DNA from: Macrostomum lignano
Lineage: Eukaryota
Length of the DNA stretch: 64,000 nucleotides
NCBI GenBank assembly: GCA_002269645.1
Contig: NIVC01000708.1
Location: forward strand, 372,001 to 436,000
Direction: 5' to 3'
Of this stretch, positions 62,201 through 64,000 are shown one piece after another; position 1 is the first letter of the stretch, and the number at the start of each line of letters is the position of its first letter. Under the pieces are notes generated by a model. The model saw only the letters and a list, made by a program, of their open reading frames with translations, searched no databases and was not told the origin of the DNA. A program made the translations under genes and the position numbers.

Positions 62201-64000
62201 GGAGGACTGGTCAGCTAGCGAGTGCAACCTGTTCGAGGAGGCCATGAACAAGTTCGGAAAGGACTTTAACGAAATTCGGCGCGACTATCTTTCTTGGAAA
62301 TCTATGCGCTCGATAGTGGAGTACTTCTACATGTGGAAGACCACGGATAGATACGTGCAGCAGAAGCGCTTGAAGGCCTCGGAAGCTGAGAAGAAACTGA
62401 AGCAGGTTTGTTTGTTTACTTTTAGTTTTTTGGCATTAAAATGCTTCAATTATTCAGTCGGCGCCAATTCTATTTATCTTTTGGCGTGAATTCTACCCAG
62501 CAAGAACCCCAATGCCCATCCCCAGGTGTACATTCCCAACTACACGAAGCCCAACTCCCATCCCCAGGTGTACATTCCCAACTACACGAAGCCCAACTCC
62601 CATCCCCAGGTGTACATTCCCAACTGCACAAAGCTTAACTCCCATCCCCAGGTGTACATTCCCAACTGCACAAAGCCAACTCCCATCCTCAGGTGTACAT
62701 TCCCAACTGCACGAAGCCCAACCCCATCCCCAGGTGTACATTCCCAACTATACGAAGCGCAACCCCATCCCCAGGTGTACATTCCCAACTATACGAAGCC
62801 CAGGTGAAAATTCCCAACTGCACGAAGCCAACCCCCCTTCTCCTGGTGTACATTCCCAACTATACAAAGCCCAGATGAAAATTCCCAACTGCACGAAGCC
62901 AACCCCCTTTCTCCAGGTGTACATTCCCAACTATACGAAGCCCAGATGTAAATTCCCAACTGCACGAAGCCCAACCCCATCCCCAGGTGTACATTCCCAA
63001 CTATACGAAGCCCAGATGTAAATTCCCAACTGCACGAAGCCCAACCCCATCCCCAGGTGTACATTCCCAACTATACGAAGCCAAATCCCGGCGTGCTGTA
63101 CAATCGGCCGGAGCTGCCGGGCTCCAGCCGCTGCTGCGAGAGCTGCTCAGGTACTGCCACCTCCAACGGTCAGTGGTTCGCCTGGGGCCCCCCGCACCTG
63201 TCCTGCCGCCTGTGCTCATCCTGCTGGAACTATTGGAAACGGTACGGCGGATTGAAGAATCCAACACGAGCGGAGAAGTCGCCCAGCCCGGCCCCGTCAG
63301 CTGCTAGCGGCGCCGGCAGCTCCGGCCGGGTGTTCCGCTGCCCGGTGGTGGACTGCGACAAAGAGTTCCGCCTGCGGCCGCAGCTGGTGCGGCACGCGGC
63401 ATCGGCGCACGGCCTTGACGAGGCCAGCCTGCAGAGCATGCAGGCGGGCAAGGTGAAGGCGGTGAAGAGCATGCTGATGCGGGCCAATGCCACCGCCCAG
63501 CTGGCCAGTCTGCTCTGCTCCGACCTGCTGCGCGTTCGCCGACTCGCCCGCCGCCCGTTCAACGCGGCCTTCGACGCCAAGCCGGCGCTGCTGGATCTGC
63601 CGAAGCGCTGCCAGGCCGACGGTCGGGGTGTTCAACAGCTGCTCGACGCGGCGGCCGCCAGGCGGGCCGAGCTGAGACGGCGCCGATGCAGCCGGCTGCC
63701 GCCTGGGCAGCTCGATGCCCGACTGCGCATCGCCTGTCCCTCGTTGGACACGGACGCGAAGCCGGACATCCTGCTCGAGCCCAGGTCGAGAGCCGCCGGG
63801 GAGGACGCGGCAACAAAGCACCGCGCGTTTGCTCCGGTCAGCTCGGCTCAGCTGGCCGAGTTCTTTCTGCAGCTGGACGAGCGCAGGGCCGCCGCCGCCG
63901 CAGCCCCGTCACCGGCTGCTCCGGCCGCCAACGGCAACTCGCTGATGCCTTCAGCGGCAACCGCCCGCAAGCGCAGCCAGCCGGAGCCGCAGCAGAACTG
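54186..64000 (+). CDS. MTA1: Metastasis-associated protein (NuRD subunit) with BAH, ELM2, SANT and GATA-type zinc finger; 3' end outside the window
   Basis: Exons 54186-54213 (MAANMYRVG), 59211-59372 (DYVYFE...RRIEEL), 60292-60830 ([21 protein letters not shown]; [13 protein letters not shown]), 62100-62405 ([18 protein letters not shown]...[17 protein letters not shown]) and 63057-64000+ ([11 protein letters not shown]; CESC...[15 protein letters not shown]). All phases are consistent. Confidence 0.97.
55714..58824 (-). mobile_element. Non-autonomous Helitron-like element, copy 2, in MTA1 intron 1
   Basis: Same termini as 35172-37796, with 5' A|TCTCTACATATAAAAATCAAAACTCTGTCTGTCTG. Has a shorter CT tract and carries the hAT insertion at 57077-58017. 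Confidence 0.7.
57077..58017. mobile_element. Composite non-autonomous hAT-like element (941 bp)
   Basis: Perfect 12-bp TIRs TAGGGATTCCAA / TTGGAATCCCTA. Perfect 8-bp TSD GGGGAGGG at 57069-57076 and 58018-58025. The insertion is absent from the paralogous site in Helitron copy 1 (about 37005). A second copy of the left end starts at 57797. Confidence 0.93.
59875..60165. repeat. 20-22-bp minisatellite in MTA1 intron 2
   Basis: Unit GTGAGACTGGCAAATAGACA(GT). Confidence 0.9.
60890..61980. repeat. GGGATT-rich satellite in MTA1 intron 3
   Basis: Recurring GGGATTAGGATTCGGAACCTGGGATTC(GGGATCTGAGATTT) units. Confidence 0.93.
62515..63056 (+). repeat. Tandem array of the MTA1 acceptor plus exon start (~42-bp and ~29-bp units)
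   Basis: Unit CCCCAG|GTGTACATTCCCAACTACACGAAGCCCAACTCCCAT matches the real exon start at 63057, which encodes [10 protein letters not shown]. Confidence 0.95.

Overview
Eukaryotic (animal) genomic DNA with spliceosomal GT-AG introns. No prokaryotic operons, CRISPR arrays, rRNA or tRNA were recognised. Very GC-rich exons, AT-rich spacers and minisatellite-filled introns suggest a free-living flatworm such as Macrostomum (inference, not verified). I hand-assembled seven protein-coding genes with phase-consistent splice sites: a 7-Ig/FN3/TM adhesion receptor (+), a divergent Bicaudal-C-like KH protein (-), DENND1/connecdenn (-), RAD21 (-), a protein 4.1/coracle-type FERM protein (+), a divergent K50 PRD-class homeobox (-), and MTA1-like (+, running off the window end). 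Mobile DNA includes 8-bp-TSD MITEs (one nested pair, one composite hAT-like element) and two copies of a Helitron-like element. The most notable unexplained signals are: (1) intronic tandem arrays built from the 3' splice site plus exon start, best seen in MTA1, where only the last of ten CAG|GTGTAC acceptors gives a full-length protein; (2) an exact 13-mer, GTAGAGAGCCTCA, found six times in three genes; (3) sharply bounded CpG-depleted blocks upstream of or in the first intron of housekeeping genes; (4) a 113-bp inverted copy of a coding segment upstream of the BicC-like gene. Most ORFs in the supplied track are repeat-derived or antisense artefacts.
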